Positions 22,115 through 36,364 of a stretch of 64,000 nt of DNA are shown here, one piece after another. A program made the position numbers and the translations under genes. Every line of letters starts with the position of its first letter. The stretch's first letter is position 1. The notes under the pieces are model-generated. The model had not been told where the DNA came from. It saw only the letters and a program-made list of their open reading frames with translations, and made no database searches. Origin of the DNA: Macrostomum lignano (taxonomy: Eukaryota); the NCBI GenBank assembly GCA_002269645.1, contig NIVC01003621.1, forward strand, positions 1-64,000, read 5' to 3'.

Positions 22115-23770
22115 GTATAGAAAATTATATTTTCGATATTTGAACTTCTTCATGCGTCATTCAGAATCACGGCAGTTTGAATAGGGAATTTAATGGTGCA
22201 GTGAAATTATATACAGTCCAACATTCTATCTGGAGGCGATAGAAAGATTTAATACCCCTAGGACTGGGACGTGTACAGGCGGCTTTAAAATTTCTGCGCT
22301 CCATCATGTAAGCTTTATACTAAAGTTGTTGGTGCCGCTGCAACCGACGCCGCCACCAACCCCTTTACCGGGGGCTTGGAAAATCATGCTAGCACTGAAA
22401 CGCGTCGTCTAAAAGAACAGAACGAATTTTTTGGGAGAGATTTGCAGCGGTAGAAAGTGAAGTAGACGGACAGAGAGGCACAGAAGCGGAGAGGAAGGGA
22501 GCGGCACACGCACTGACCTTTTGCGTCAATGGATGATTCGGCAAAACTCCTTCGGGCAGAATGTGTGCCTGCACAGCCCCTCATAGCACCGCTGGTGATT
22601 CGGTGTACAATGGTAAAGGTGTATAAATGGATTGATCGCAGCTGCGGCCCCCTCAACTCCCCTACGCATAGATTCGGTGCCCTTAGAGCCTGCAGCTCCA
22701 TCTGATCCTCTGAACCGCGTTCTTGCTGACTGGATCCATCTCTGGAGCTTTCGTCTGAGTTTTTCCGGTATAAACCACAGCATAAAGAAAGTTAACGATA
22801 CTCAATAGTTTAAGTGGAATCACCTTTTCCTTCCTTTCTAAGAAAGAATTGCAATCGTATTTTTATCGGAAAACAGCTGACGTGCCAATTAAAGTTCAGC
22901 CTCAATTAGTTTTCCCCAATTTCGTCTCGACACAAAGAGAACAAAAGAGAGCATTCGATAGGAAAGGACTGTCATGAGTCGTTCAAAAGTTGAAAAGTGA
23001 GTGCTGCATGCGTGAAAAAAAGTATTTTAAAGTTTCTTGGTTTTAAATCAGTTAATCTAGAAAAGTTTACTTAACTTTATAAGGCCTATCATTAAATTGC
23101 GTGTATTTGTACTTTTATATCCGCCACCAAGTTTCCGTTATAACTAGTGCGGAAGCTCATAATGAGATATGCAGGTGAAACCAATTGACAAAGCCAGGGC
23201 AGTGCACTATGCTGTACAGAGGAAGCCTACAGGGCAGCAAAAATCAATGCCGAACCTTCCCTACGCCTACCGCGACCCGCTCCAACTCGGCCGAAAGTGA
23301 AGGAAGTTAGGGGGGGGAGTGAGGGGAAGGAGGAGAATTGGGCAGTAAGACCGAGTACACTGGCTAATGGAATGGAACAGCTCGCAGGTAAGGCAGGCGG
23401 AACCGATGTAGCAGTGGTTCGGTTGTTGGAACATTTGAATTTTTCGCCTGGCCTTCTGCTGCACGGCTCGGTTGGCTCGCGCGGAAGGTTAGAAAGTATA
23501 GAACGAAAGAAATATGGGTTGGAATCCGATGGCTTCAGCTCCCCTAAGTCAGAGGGAAGGGTGAGGGGCCAGATGGCGTGGCTAGTTAACTGCGGACACG
23601 GTCTGGTGGCTAAAAACGAAGAACGTCCAGCGCAGGTTTTTTTAAGGCTAGCAGTTTCTTCGCAACCATTTTTTGTTTCGTCTCTTTTCTGCAGATCCTT
23701 TTCGTTTTTCTGATACTCTTTTTTAAAAATTAATTGTGCTCTACCCGACCGTAGAACTACTGAGATCACG

Positions 23771-26700
23771 ATGAGTTCCGGAGGCGGCAGTAGGAGCTCC
23801 AGGATGGAGTCCAGCACCACAACGCTGTCTCGACAGGTGTACAGGGGACTGTCGCCCAACAGCCAGTCGAGACTGGAGGTAATTCTTGGTGGTACATTTC
23901 CTAACTGTAAAACTCGCAATACTGGTTTTAATGCGTGGGTGACGAATAAACTGACGAATAGAGTAACTAATAGATTGACGAATAGAATAACTAGTAGAGT
24001 GACGGATAGAGTAACTAGTAGAGTGACGAATAGAACAACTAGTAGAGTGACGGATAGAGTAACTAGTAGAGTGACGAATCGAGTAACTAGTAGAGTGACG
24101 GATAGAGTAACTAGTAGAGTGACGAATCGAGTAACTAGTAGAGTGACGGATAGAGTAACTAGTAGAGTGACGAATAGAACAACTAGTAGAGTGACGGATA
24201 GAGTAACTAGTAGAGTGACGAATCGAGTAACTAGTAGAGTGACGAATCGAGTAACTAGTAGAGTGACGAATCGAGTAACTAGTAGAGTGACGAATCGAGT
24301 AACTAGTAGAGTGACGAATCGAGTAACTAGTAGAGTGACGAGTAGAGTAACTAGTAGAGTGACGAATATAGCAACTAGTAGAGTGACGAATATAGCAACT
24401 AGTAGAGTGACAAATAGAACTATTACAGTGACAAAGTCTGTGATCGTTAGGGTACCAACAAGAATAGTAGTGGAGCTAGTGGCGTGCAAAAAGAGTGACC
24501 AGTAGGTCAAAGTGTCAACACCCTTTAGACAAAAGGATTAACTTCTTATTCTGCAAAATTGAACGCCCAACACCGCCACCGCAGACGAGGATCAAGGAGC
24601 TGGAGGATTTGCTCCAATTTGAGCGCGACGCGAGGGTTCGGGTAAGAAACTTCAGAACCGTATTTGTTTTTTGAACCTGATCTGCGAGCAGCATTCAAAG
24701 CTCGTAATATGAATATTATTTTTTTCACCTTTCAGTCCGAGCGAGTGATCAACGAGTACAACTTCCAGCTGGAATCTGCTAACGAACGAATCGAAGAGGC
24801 CGACAACATCGCCTCTCAAGCTCAGGAGGCTGTGCGACGTCGCGAGCTTGATCTGCAAAAAGTTCGCAAAGAACTCGAAGCCGCGAACGCCCAGTTGGAG
24901 TCTCTCGAGGTCAGCATCAAGAAGAAGTACACCGTCAATATTGCCGAGCTCAATGACGAGGTTGACAGTCTGAGAAAATTGAAGACTCGTCTTGAGAAGG
25001 AGAAGACGGCGTTGCTGGGCGAGCTAGACAACCTGGGCGGACAGCTGGACCAGGCTATCAAGGCCAAGGTGAGACTGGATGGACAGGATCGAGGGACGAG
25101 TGGACAGGATGGAGTGACGGTTGGACAGGATGGAGTGACGAGTGGACAGGATGGAGTGACGAGTGGACAGGATGGAGTGACGAGTGGACAGGATGGAGTG
25201 ACGAGTGGACAGGATGGAGTGACGAGTGGATAGGATGGAGTGACGAGTGGACAGGATGGAGTGACGGGTGGACAGGATGGAGTGACGGGAGGACAGGATG
25301 GACAAGATTGGCAGACAAATGGGCATGACAAAGACTTGAATAGACAAGATGGAATATATATGCCAAGATAAGGTTCAGATTAGATGCACGGATGGACGTT
25401 AATGCACATTGGTCAATGACTCATTCAGACAGCCTAATTACCTTCACCCCCAACCCAGAACACCGTGGAATCCAAGCTGGAAGGCTACGATGCTCAACTG
25501 TCTCGGCTTCGTGCTCAAAACGACGAGCTGGCTGGGCAGCTTCGCTCAATGCAAGAGTCCCAGAGCCGGCTGCAGGCCGAGAACAGCCAACTGCAGCGAG
25601 CTGCTCACGACGCCGAGTCGCAGGTGTCCGGACTGTCCAAGGCCAGGTCGTCGCTGCAGGCCCAGCTCGAAGAGATGAAGAAGACGCTGGATGAGGAATC
25701 TCGAGTGAGTTTACCTGGGTTCGATTTCCACACGAATTTGACCATCCCTAGGTACATCTCATCCCTATACTGCTTGACATGACTCCTATCTGGCTGCGGG
25801 TCGACTGACTTGTTTTCTATACTCTATACTTTCTACTTATTAGTAGACGAACTCCGACATTATTCACCGCAAGGTTAAGCTATTTGTCTTCGGTTAGTCT
25901 GCCGCTAAAAACGCTGCTTGCGTCAATTATTCTTTAAGCTTAAGGCATCCTGAGCGAGTAGCTTATTTATAGTGATTTTATTAAAATTCTAGAGACAAAA
26001 TGAAGAACTACTTAGCTCATAGTAAGAATCTCTTCGGCTTGTTACGATTACCACTTTAGTAGTAAACGGAGCCCTACTAAAATTCGATTTCCAGTCGCGA
26101 AGCAACCTGCAAACGCAGTTTATGACGCTGCAGCAGGAGTATTACAATCTGCAGTCCAAATACGACGAAGAAAGTGAAGAGGCCGCTTCGTTGAGGGTGC
26201 AAATCAACAAACTCAACTCCGAGTTGACCACCCTACGTTCAAAGTACGAGAGGGACTTTGTTAGCCGAGTGGAAGAGTTCGAGGAAGTCAAGTGAGTTTG
26301 TTTTCAACTTGTCCAGCTTCCAGTTGTCCTAGACTAGTAGCCCTTCAACTTGACTTTGACTTGAGTGCTACGAAATTTCCCTGCACCTCGCAGACGCAAG
26401 CTGACAGTGAAAGTCACCGAGCTGGAAGACGTCGCCGAGCGCGAGCGCAGCCGGGCGAACAACATGGACAGGTCGCGTCAGCAGCTGCTAGCCGAGCTCA
26501 AGGCCTTGCAGGGAGACACGGACGCGCTACAGGTTAGCTTACGTGGATTATTGAAATCGTTGATGCTCTAAACTGTCACTAAAATTTGTCGATTCTCCAA
26601 AAAACACGCAGGCCGCCAACGCTGAGCTGGCCTCCCAGGTGAAACAGTCGGAGGCCACGGTGAGCCAGTTGACGGTGCGAATCGAGGAGCTCACCTCCGA

Positions 26701-29700
26701 GAGCGCTTCGCTGCAAGCCACTCTGCAGTCTCAACAAGCCGAGCTGGCCAAGCTGCGCAAATCGTTGAAATCGGCAGACGACCGCATCGCCCAGCTGGAG
26801 CGGGACAATGCCCAGCTGGCCGGCAGCCTCAAGGAGGCCAACTCGGCCAATCGCGACCTGACCAGACGCCTGGCCGACTCCGACGCGGCCAGAGCCGAGG
26901 CCGAAGCGGCACGAGACTCGTTCGCCAGCTCTCTGCGCGACGCCGAGGAGGCTGTGCGCGAGCTGACGCAGAAGCAGGCGGCCACCGCCGATGCCCTCGC
27001 CCGCCTGCGCTCGGATCTGGAAACTCGCCTGGCCGAGAAGGAGTCCGAGCTGGAGAGTCTCCGGCGGAGCAGCCAGCGCACTGTTGAGGAGCTGCAGGCG
27101 GCGTTGAACGACTCGGATGCGAAGCACAAATCGGAGGTTAACAGGCTGAGGAAGCACCTGGAATCTACCGTGCTGGACTTGGAGTCCCAGATTGACGTGG
27201 CCAATCGTGCCAACCAGGTTGGTAACTAGCAACAAAATCTTATACGATCAAGCACCTATGATTTCTTCAACACATTGAGTTGATGGGGTTTTAGTCTTGT
27301 GGATAGAGCGTCGGACTCACGACTGAAAGCTTGGAAATTCGATTTTCGACCCACTTAGAACAATTTAAGTCCTTGAGCAAGACACTTAATGCCAGCATTA
27401 GCTGAGGTAATTGAAAGTGGGTGTGGAGACCCACCAGTCCTTGGACTGAACAGCCGTATGCAGCCTTTAGATGCGCCACGCAATAGCTGCGGCTGAGCTG
27501 TCGGTTGAACATTAAAGCAGACGTAATCAATTATTATCATTATTACTTATGTGTTACTTCTTGTTCTGATTTTATTGAAATCTATTATTTTACAAGATAG
27601 CCTAAAAAGGCCAGACACTCTGCTTAGGGAACTCGTGGTTTGGTACATCACGAGGAGCCTCTCGTGTGTTTGATTTGTTAGTTGCGGCGAGGGGATGTTA
27701 AGTTCTACAGGAACTGTGCTGGACGCGTGGTTACCAAGAAACTACTGTGCACTTTACCATTCTCAACACAATCGCAGAACCTGGCCAAGGAGAACAAGAC
27801 CCTGCTGACGCGCATTCAGGAGCTGGAGGCTCTGCTAGAGGATGAGCGACGAGCCAACGAGGTGTCCCAGGGCGCGCTCTCGGCCAGCGAGAAGCGTCGC
27901 TCGGCGCTCCAGTCGGAGCTCAATGAGCTTCGCACAATCTGCGAGACAGCCGAGCGCGGCCGGAAGAAGGCCGAATCCGAACTGCAGGACGTCAGCGTTC
28001 GCATCAGCGAGCTGACCATGCAGCTGCAGACGTCTGGCAACGAGAGGCGCCGGCTGGAAGGCGAGCTGGCCTCGCTCAGGTCCGAGCTGGAGGACGCTCA
28101 GAGCGGCCGGGCTGCCGAACTGGACCGGGCCAACCGGCTCGCTGGAGAGGTGCAACGCCTGGCCGACGAGTTGCGGGCCGAGCAGGAGAACTACCGGGTG
28201 GCCGAGGGGCTGCGGCGCCAGCTGGAGGTGCGCGGAAAATCGTTTGCTTCGAGAAGAAACACAGCTTCTAGAAAAATAGACTGCTTTCAGAAGCAACTCC
28301 GATAAGATTGGCAAAGGATACTCTTCTGATGGAATCCTTTCTATGAATCCCCCTTAGAAGAACCCTCACGGAGTTGCTCACGAAGGGAGCTCTCTTCATT
28401 CTTTTACTCGTAAAAAGCAATGTGTTTCTTTTGGAAGCAGTGATCTGGTTCTTCTAGAAATCAAGTATTGCTTCTTCTGGAAGGGGAAAGGATTTTTTTT
28501 CAAAGGCCGAGTATACTATAGCAGAGTCATCAGGTTCCAATCCGATCCCGCATAAAGCATTTTCATACGCATATCCAACTGGCATCCGTGTATTCGTTTT
28601 TAATGACATATTCTAAAACCGGAAGCAAGCCGGAAGCCAAAAATGGACGAGTGGGTAAAAGGCGGATGTTCGATTTCGTCTAACGACGTTTCTGGAATAT
28701 AATTCAGAAAAACTTCAGAATCCAAGAGTCAATGCGTCATACTCACGAAAACTAACCCCCCTTCCCCTACCAAAAAGATTGAAATTCGAGAAGTGACGGT
28801 CAAACTCGAAGAGTCGGAGTCGCTAGCCTCGCGCGAGAGCAAACGCATCGCCCAGCGACTGCAGGAGCGAGTCCGGGAGCTCGAGGCTGAGCTCGAAGCT
28901 GAACAGCGACGGGCTCGCGAGTTCCAGGCGATCGTTAAGAAAATGGAACGCCAGGTTAAGGAGGCCCTCGCCCAAGCTGAGGAGGAGCGGCTGGTTAACA
29001 TCGAGTTGCACGACCTATTGGGCAAGGCGCAGCTTAAGATCAAGGCTTACAAACGGCAGGTGGAAGAGTCGGTAAGTGCGGGTTGGGCGACTGATTAGCT
29101 CCAGAAAAGAGGGGTATCTGTAGAACTAAAGAAAATAAACAGCATTCGTGCCAGAAAAGCGCCTGTACGACGTAAAAAGCAAGAATAGCGTGTCAATGTC
29201 AGGAATGTTAGCATCAGACGCGGAAGCGTCAGTAAAAACTAACATTAAGCGTCGAAATGAAACGTCAGGAAAGCGCAAAATTGTGTCAGAGGCAGGAAAG
29301 TGCCAACATAAGGTGCCAGGAGTTCCGTGTCAGAGGCAGGAAAGTGCCAACATAAGTGTCAGGAGTTCCGTGTCAGAGGCAGGAAACTGACAACAGGAAG
29401 CGTTGCTTTCAGTTGTCAGGCAGTTCAAGCATGTTCTAGTAAAAGAATATTCAATAGCAAAACCATCCCAACTCGCTGGAATATCCACCTGGAACTCCCA
29501 GGAGGAGGCCTCGGCTGCGGCCATCAGCAAGTACCGCAAAGCGCAGCAGGTGGCCGAAGAGGCCGAGCACCGAGCCGAAGTGGCCGAGCGCACAATGTCG
29601 GTGCGCAGCGGCGGCAGCGGCGGAACCGTCATCAGGTCGATCAGCGTTACCCGCGAGATGAACAGCAGCAGCTCGTCCGGGCACAAGCTGAGCAGCCGGG

Positions 29701-29717
29701 CTTCCAATGCTGTTTGA
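23771..29717 (+). CDS. Prm: Paramyosin (~881 aa)
   Basis: Ten phase-consistent exons: 23771-23878, 24585-24641, 24736-25068, 25459-25704, 26095-26291, 26394-26532, 26612-27217, 27778-28227, 28778-29071, 29502-29717. The sequence is collinear with schistosome paramyosin (SRQVYRGLSPNSQSRLE/TRIKELEDLLQFERDARVR; YDEESEEA; LADELRAEQENY; KYRKAQQVAEEAEHRAEVAERT). Confidence 0.96.
23935..24420. repeat. 24-bp minisatellite (TAGAGTGACGAATCGAGTAACTAG) in paramyosin intron 1
   Basis: Tandem copies. Confidence 0.92.
25078..25305. repeat. 21-bp minisatellite (GGACAGGATGGAGTGACGAGT) in paramyosin intron 3
   Basis: Tandem copies begin about 10 bp after the donor. Confidence 0.92.
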
Positions 29718-31166
29718 GCTTGCTCGTTAAAGCTAAAAACATCACGGTTCGAACTTGGCCCAGATCTTTTGCTGTACCTTTCAAAATTTAATCAACTAAT
29801 TTATTATTTATTATCCTTTTAATTTCTGTCGCGTGCTTCGCGATCCTCTTTTTCATTTTTCTTAACCGATTTTGGTCAAAACTACTACATGTATTATTTA
29901 TTATTAGGATATTAATCCGTTTAACCGCGCTACTAACGAGTAGCGAGAGTTGAAAATTTCGTTTGAAAATTTGCAAATTTCTTCATACAAATGAACATAT
30001 TTTGCAGTACTTTTCGAAGGTCGAACTGTTCTAATTTTATCTATGCTCCTAAATAGCTGTAATTCTATCATCCACCTTTAGCTAATTATTCAAAACGAAA
30101 ATTTTCGCTTGTCCGTTACCTTGTAATTCTGATCCTCTTAATACCGTCGATATAGCAATTCTTTTTATTAAAACTGACAAATTAACCAACGTTTGTGCCC
30201 AATTAATTAATGCTCCCGACGCGCCCGTTTAACTTTGACCGTTTATATTTGCGCTCGCAGTTCAGGATCTCTCGCTCATCTGATATTGGTCGTCTCTCAA
30301 TACAACTGTTTTTATCTTCCTTCTTTTCTATTGGCTGCGAGCTCTTCGTTGCGTCTTTTTACCCTTCTCACCCTCTAGCCAATGAATGTCCACCTAGGGC
30401 CGGAGATAGATTGCTGAATTCTCATTGGCTGGAGAAGGAAGAAGTTGAAGTCATAGCACACTAGGATTTCGCAGCCAATCAAAATGAAGCGTAACGGTTC
30501 AGAAGAGACCTACCTTTGAAGCCTTTGTATTGATCGCTGACCAAGGAGAGACCAAAAACTTTTTAATCAGTTTGCTGCTCTACAAAATGCTCATCTTACA
30601 ATATGCTTTTCACTGCAAACTACGGCTACGCAAAAAGTTTAGCTTATTATATTTTTTAATTTGCTAATTGCTTAAGTTTCCTACCGCTAGTCAATTTTGA
30701 ACTTGCCGTAACCATAGTTACTGAAAAATATTCACTCATCTAAGACACTATAGTCAATTGCTTTTGTATTACACCCTTAGACAGTATTGTACTGGTGTAT
30801 CAATTATAGTAATATACGGGCTTATAACTAACTAACTTTTAGTTATCTAATGTAGCATCAAACAGATAATTTAATAAAAAACAAAATTTACAGCTTCATC
30901 AATTGCCCCTTAGACCCACCCATTCAATTAGATTTTTTTTCTTTTTTAATCCACTTAATCTACATGTAATACCTGCCTTTTAGAAATAAACCAAATTCAT
31001 GCTTAAACGATAATAAAATTACTATCTAGTCTTGTCTTTTCACCGAATTAATCACTTTATCACGTAGTTTGATTTCTTGTGCCATTACATACATAATAGT
31101 TATTGTTTTAGATAGCTTTATTCAGTAGTACGCGTAAGTGAAAAGAGTTGCAGGTGTATGAAGAAG

Positions 31167-32720
31167 ACGATGAGATTATAGAATAAGAGGATGAGATTAT
31201 AGGATAAGAGGATGAGATTATAGAATAGGAGGATGAGATTATAGGATAATAGAATGAGATTATAGAATAGGAGGATGAGATTATAGAATAGGAGGATGAG
31301 ATTATAGAATAGGAGGATGAGATTATAGGATAATATAATGAGATTATAGAATAAGAGGATGAGATTATAGAATAGGAGGATGAGATTATAGGATAATAGA
31401 ATGAGATTATAGAATAGGAGGATGAGATTATAGGATAAGAGGATGAGATTATAGAATAGGAGGATGAGATTATAGAATAGGAGGATGAGATTATAGAATA
31501 AGAGGATGAGATTATAGGATAATAGAATGAGATTATAGAATAAGAGGATGAGATTATAGAATAAGAGGATGAGATTATAGAATAGGAGGATGAGATTATA
31601 GGATAAGAGGATGAGATTATAGAATAGGAGGATGAGATTATAGGATAATAGAATGATATTATAGAATAGGAGGATGAGATTATAGAATAGGAGGATGAGA
31701 TTATAGGATAATATAATGAGATTATAGAATAAGAGGATGAGATTATAGAATAGGAGGATGAGATTATAGGATAATAGAATGAGATTATAGAATAAGAGGA
31801 TGAGATTATAGAATAGGAGGATGAGATTATAGGATAATAGAATGAGATTATAGAATAGGAGGATGAGATTATAGGATAAGAGGATGAGATTATAGAATAG
31901 GAGGATGAGATTATAGAATAGGAGGATGAGATTATAGAATAAGAGGATGAGATTATAGGATAATAGAATGAGATTATAGAATAAGAGGATGAGATTATAG
32001 AATAAGAGGATGAGATTATAGGATAAGAGGATGAGATTATAGGATAAGAGGATGAGATTATAGAATAAGAGGATGAGATTATAGGATAATAGAATGAGAT
32101 TATAGAATAGGAGGATGAGATTATAGGATAAGAGGATGAGATTATAGGATAAGAGGATGAGATTATAGGATAAGAGGATGAGATTATAGGATAAGAGGAT
32201 GAGATTATAGAATAAGAGGATGAGATTATAGGATAAGAGGATGAGATTATAGGATAAGAGGATGAGATTATAGGATAAGAGGATGAGATTATAGAATAAG
32301 AGGATGAGATTATAGGATAATATAATGAGATTATAGAATAAGAGGATGAGATTATAGGATAATATAATGAGATTATAGAATAGGAGGATGAGATTATAGG
32401 ATAAGAGGATGAGAATATAGAATAAGAGGATGAGATTATAGGATAATAGAATGAGATTATAGAATAGGAGGATGAGATTATAGGATAAGAGGATGAGATT
32501 ATAGGATAATAGAATGAGATTATAGAATAGGAGGATGAGATTATAGGATAAGAGGATGAGATTATAGGATAAGAGGATGAGATTATAGGATAATAGAATG
32601 AGATTATAGAATAAGAGGATCAGATTATAGGATAATAGAATGAGATTATAGAATAAGAGGATCAGATTATAGGATAATAGAATGAGATTATAGAATAGGA
32701 GGATGAGATTATAGGATAGA
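31167..32720. repeat. 21-bp purine-rich minisatellite (GGATGAGATTATAGAATAAGA), almost C-free on the + strand
   Basis: About 70 tandem copies. Confidence 0.96.
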
Positions 32721-33227
32721 AGGAGGAGAGTATTGAATAAGAGGATGATATTAACTGTGACTAGCCATCTGCAGGTAAAACAAAACAAATAAGATTAACT
32801 AAAAGAATCATCAAAAGTTGCACTATTGGTTGAGAAGCTTATTAAAACAAAATCAAGGTGTTTTTATTAAATTTGACAAAGTTAGTAGTGCACTAAAGCG
32901 AAAAAAACTTATTCAAACGTTCAGACAACGATACTATACTACTGTATGATACTTTGAAATTGATAAATAGTTTCATAATTCTTAGTATATGGACATAAAA
33001 ATCAAGGGAATACTCGTAGTTAAGAAATTCTTAGTTAAAAATTCTTCTTAAAATTTGCGATGGTAATGAATGTTCTGACAGGATCTCACAGTAGACTTTT
33101 TAAAGCAGCGTTTTTTAAAATGCTTTGTATTAAAGCAAATACTAAAAGTGACTCTTAATCACTGGTTTAATTTAGCAGGATTTGTACTAAAGCTACGGCT
33201 TTAATTTTTGTAGTACAGTAACCGGCA

Positions 33228-36226
33228 ATCTACTGTAACACACTCTGTAACTATCCACTGTAACACATTCTGTAACTATCCACTGTAACACACTCTGTAA
33301 CTATCCACTGTAACACATTCTGTAACTATCCACTGTAACACACTCTGTAACTATCCACTGTAACACATTCTGTAACTATCCACTGTAACATACTCTGTAA
33401 CTATCCACTGTAACACATTCTGTAACTATCCACTGTAACACATTCTGTAACTATCCACTGTAACACATTCTGTAACTATCCACTGTAACACATTCTGTAA
33501 CTATCCACTGTAACATACTCTGTAACTATCCACTGTAACACATTCTGTAACTATCCACTGTAACACATTCTGTAACTATCCACTGTAACACATTCTGTAA
33601 CTATCCACTGTAACATACTCTGTAACTATCCACTGTAACACATTCTGTAACTATCCACTGTAACACATTCTGTAACTATCCACTGTAACACATTCTGTAA
33701 CTATCCACTGTAACATACTCTGTAACTATCCACTGTAACACATTCTGTAACTATCCACTGTAACACATTCTGTAACTATCAACTGTAACACATTCTGTAA
33801 CCATCCACTGTAACACACTCTGTAACTATCCACTGTAACACATTCTGTAACTATCCACTGTAACACATTCTGTAACTATCCACTGTAACACATTCTGTAA
33901 CTATCCACTGTAACATACTCTGTAACTATCCACTGTAACACATTCTGTAACTATCCACTGTAACACATTCTGTAACTAATCCACTGTAACACATTCTGTA
34001 ACTATCCACTGTAACACATTCTGTAACTTTCACTGTAACATACTCTGTAACTATCCACTGTAACACATTCTGTAACTATCCACTGTAACATACTCTGTAA
34101 CTATTCACTGTAACACATTCTGTAACTATCCACTGTAACACATTCTGTAACTATCCACTGTAACACATTCTGTAACTATCCACTGTAACATACTCTGTAA
34201 CTATCCACTGTAACACATTCTGTAACTATCCACTGTAACACATTCTGTAACTATCCACTGTAACACATTCTGTAACTATCCACTGTAACACATTCTGTAA
34301 CTATCCACTGTAACACATTCTGTAACTATCCACTGTAACACATTCTGTAACTATCCACTGTAACACATTCTGTAACTTTCACTGTAACACATTCTGTAAC
34401 TATCCATTGTAACACATTCTGTAACTAATCCACTGTAACACATTCTGTAACTGTCCACTGTAACACATTCTGTAACTTTCCACTGTAACACACTCTGTAA
34501 CTATCCACTGTAACACACTCTGTAACTATCCACTGTAACACATTCTGTAACTATCCACTGTAACACACTCTGTAACTATCCACTGTAACACATTCTGTAA
34601 CTATCTACTGTAACACACTCTGTAACTATCCACTGTAACACATTCTGTAACTATCCACTGTAACACACTCTGTAACTATCCACTGTAACACATTCTGTAA
34701 CTATCCACTGTAACACATTCTGTAACTATCCACTGTAACACACTCTGTAACTATCAACTGTAACACATTCAGTAACTATCCACTGTAACACATTCTGTAA
34801 CTATCCACTGTAACATACTCTGTAACTATCCACTGTAACACATTCTGTAACTATCCACTGTAACACATTCTGTAACTATCCACTGTAACACATTCTGTAA
34901 CTATCCACTGTAACACATTCTGTAACTATCCACTGTAACATACTCTGTAACTATCCACTGTAACACATTCTGTAACTATCCACTGTAACACATTCTGTAA
35001 CTATCCACTGTAACACATTCTGTAACTATCCACTGTAACATACTCTGTAACTATCCACTGTAACACATTCTGTAACTATCCACTGTAACACATTCTGTAA
35101 CTATCCACTGTAACACATTCTGTAACTATCCACTGTAACATACTCTGTAACTATCCACTGTAACACATTCTGTAACTATCCACTGTAACACATTCTGTAA
35201 CTATCAACTGTAACACATTCTGTAACCATCCACTGTAACACACTCTGTAACTATCCACTGTAACACATTCAGTAACTATCCACTGTAACACATTCTGTAA
35301 CTATCCACTGTAACACATTCTGTAACTATCCACTGTAACATACTCTGTAACTATCCACTGTAACACATTCTGTAACTATCCACTGTAACACATTCTGTAA
35401 CTAATCCACTGTAACACATTCTGTAACTATCCACTGTAACACATTCTGTAACTTTCACTGTAACATACTCTGTAACTATCCACTGTAACACATTCTGTAA
35501 CTATCCACTGTAACATACTCTGTAACTATTCACTGTAACACATTCTGTAACTATCCACTGTAACACATTCTGTAACTATCCACTGTAACACATTCTGTAA
35601 CTATCCACTGTAACATACTCTGTAACTATCCACTGTAACACATTCTGTAACTATCCACTGTAACACATTCTGTAACTATCCACTGTAACACATTCTGTAA
35701 CTATCCACTGTAACACATTCTGTAACTATCCACTGTAACACATTCTGTAACTATCCACTGTAACACATTCTGTAACTATCCACTGTAACACATTCTGTAA
35801 CTTTCACTGTAACACATTCTGTAACTATCCATTGTAACACATTCTGTAACTAATCCACTGTAACACATTCTGTAACTGTCCACTGTAACACATTCTGTAA
35901 CTTTCCACTGTAACACACTCTGTAACTATCCACTGTAACACATTCTGTAACTATCCACTGTAACACACTCTGTAACTATCCACTGTAACACACTCTGTAA
36001 CTATCCACTGTAACACACTCTGTAAATATCGACTGTAACACACTCTGTAACTATCCACTGTAACACACTCTGTAACTATCCACTGTAACACACTCTGTAA
36101 CTATCCACTGTAACACACTCTGTAAATATCGACTGTAACACACTCTGTAACTATCCACTGTAACACACTCTGTAAATATCGACTGTATCACATTCTGTAT
36201 TTTTGCACTGTAACACATTTTGTAAC
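33228..36226. repeat. 25-bp minisatellite (CACTGTAACACATTCTGTAACTATC), ~3 kb
   Basis: About 120 tandem copies. Confidence 0.97.
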
Positions 36227-36364
36227 TATTAATCATTTACACAGCATTTTTAGTCGAAATATTTACTGCATGGCTTTAAAACTGCATAGCTTTAATATGA
36301 TCATTATTCGTATTAGAATGCTAGGAACATTCACTTTCAATGCAATACCTGAAAGTCACAAGCT

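Noticed and set aside
22384-22783. Minus-strand short ORFs including a Cys/His cluster (HCTPNHQRCYEGLCRHTFCPKEFC)
   Set aside because: The spacing fits PHD/ADD fingers poorly, and no consistent exon chain was found.
23227-24510. 427-aa and 244-aa ORFs (VTLLVTRF / RVTSRVTN)
   Set aside because: They derive from the paramyosin intron 1 minisatellite; the real exon 1 ends at 23878.
31118-32788. 556-aa hydrophobic ORF (YNLILLF)n
   Set aside because: A stop-free 21-bp repeat gives it a trivially open frame, with no unique flanking coding sequence.
33228-36226. CRISPR-like regularity of the repeat arrays
   Set aside because: There are no unique spacers and no cas genes, and the context is eukaryotic.
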